Virus record (IMG/VR): IMGVR_UViG_3300037400_006466
Coordinates: 172,098 to 236,097 of that record
Length of the DNA: 64,000 bases
Reading direction: 5' to 3' (one strand)
From: a virus
Taxonomy: Duplodnaviria > Heunggongvirae > Uroviricota > Caudoviricetes
Positions within the stretch are counted from its first letter, which is position 1. Each line of letters opens with the position of its first letter. A model generated the notes under the pieces. The model searched no databases and was not told the origin of the DNA. It saw only the letters and a program-made list of their open reading frames with translations. Shown here piece after piece: positions 63,998 to 64,000 of the stretch. Made by a program: the position numbers and the translations under genes.

Positions 63998-64000
63998 AGT

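Overview
This window reads as part of a large virulent tailed-phage genome, not a bacterial chromosome. Gene density is very high, and stop and start codons often overlap as ATGA, a sign of translational coupling. Dozens of small ORFs have no recognisable homologues. Strong AGGAG-type Shine-Dalgarno sites and a TTGACA/N17/TAnnnT promoter point to a Firmicutes-like host rather than Bacteroidetes.

The window has three transcription blocks:
- Block 1 runs from 1 to 36496 on the minus strand and looks like an early/replication region. It holds three tandem beta-class amino-DNA methyltransferases, a family A DNA polymerase split into two ORFs about 4 kb apart, a GIY-YIG homing endonuclease, an SPFH/band-7 protein, and many small paralogous ORFs.
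- Block 2 runs from 36547 to 48315 on the plus strand and encodes tail fibre and host-interaction proteins. These are an 829-aa fibre with NKP(S/T)...SGSY.DLSDKP repeats, a 2162-aa protein with a CotH-kinase-like domain and BspA-type leucine-rich repeats, and a 622-aa leucine-rich-repeat protein. The block ends in a rho-independent terminator and faces a convergent tRNA-Leu(UAA).
- Block 3 runs from 48522 to the window end on the minus strand. It holds a P-loop ATPase, a metallopeptidase/VWA protein, a MoxR-like AAA+ ATPase, a multi-pass membrane protein, a DHH-DHHA1 phosphoesterase, several fibre-like proteins with small accessory paralogues, and a giant tail fibre. That fibre is longer than 2067 aa, has collagen-like phage-tail repeats, and its N-terminus lies beyond the window.

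The most unusual signals are:
- Seven otherwise unrelated proteins share an almost identical 18-aa N-terminus, MKIRNGFVSNSSSSSFIL.
- The split DNA polymerase has weak intein-like extensions at the break.
- A three-gene module is duplicated about 15 kb apart.
- Terminator/consensus-promoter cassettes recur through the minus-strand blocks.
- Two accessory modules stand out in block 3: a MoxR-VWA-metallopeptidase set and a DHH phosphoesterase.

There is widespread gene duplication within the window and several decayed or frameshifted duplicates.
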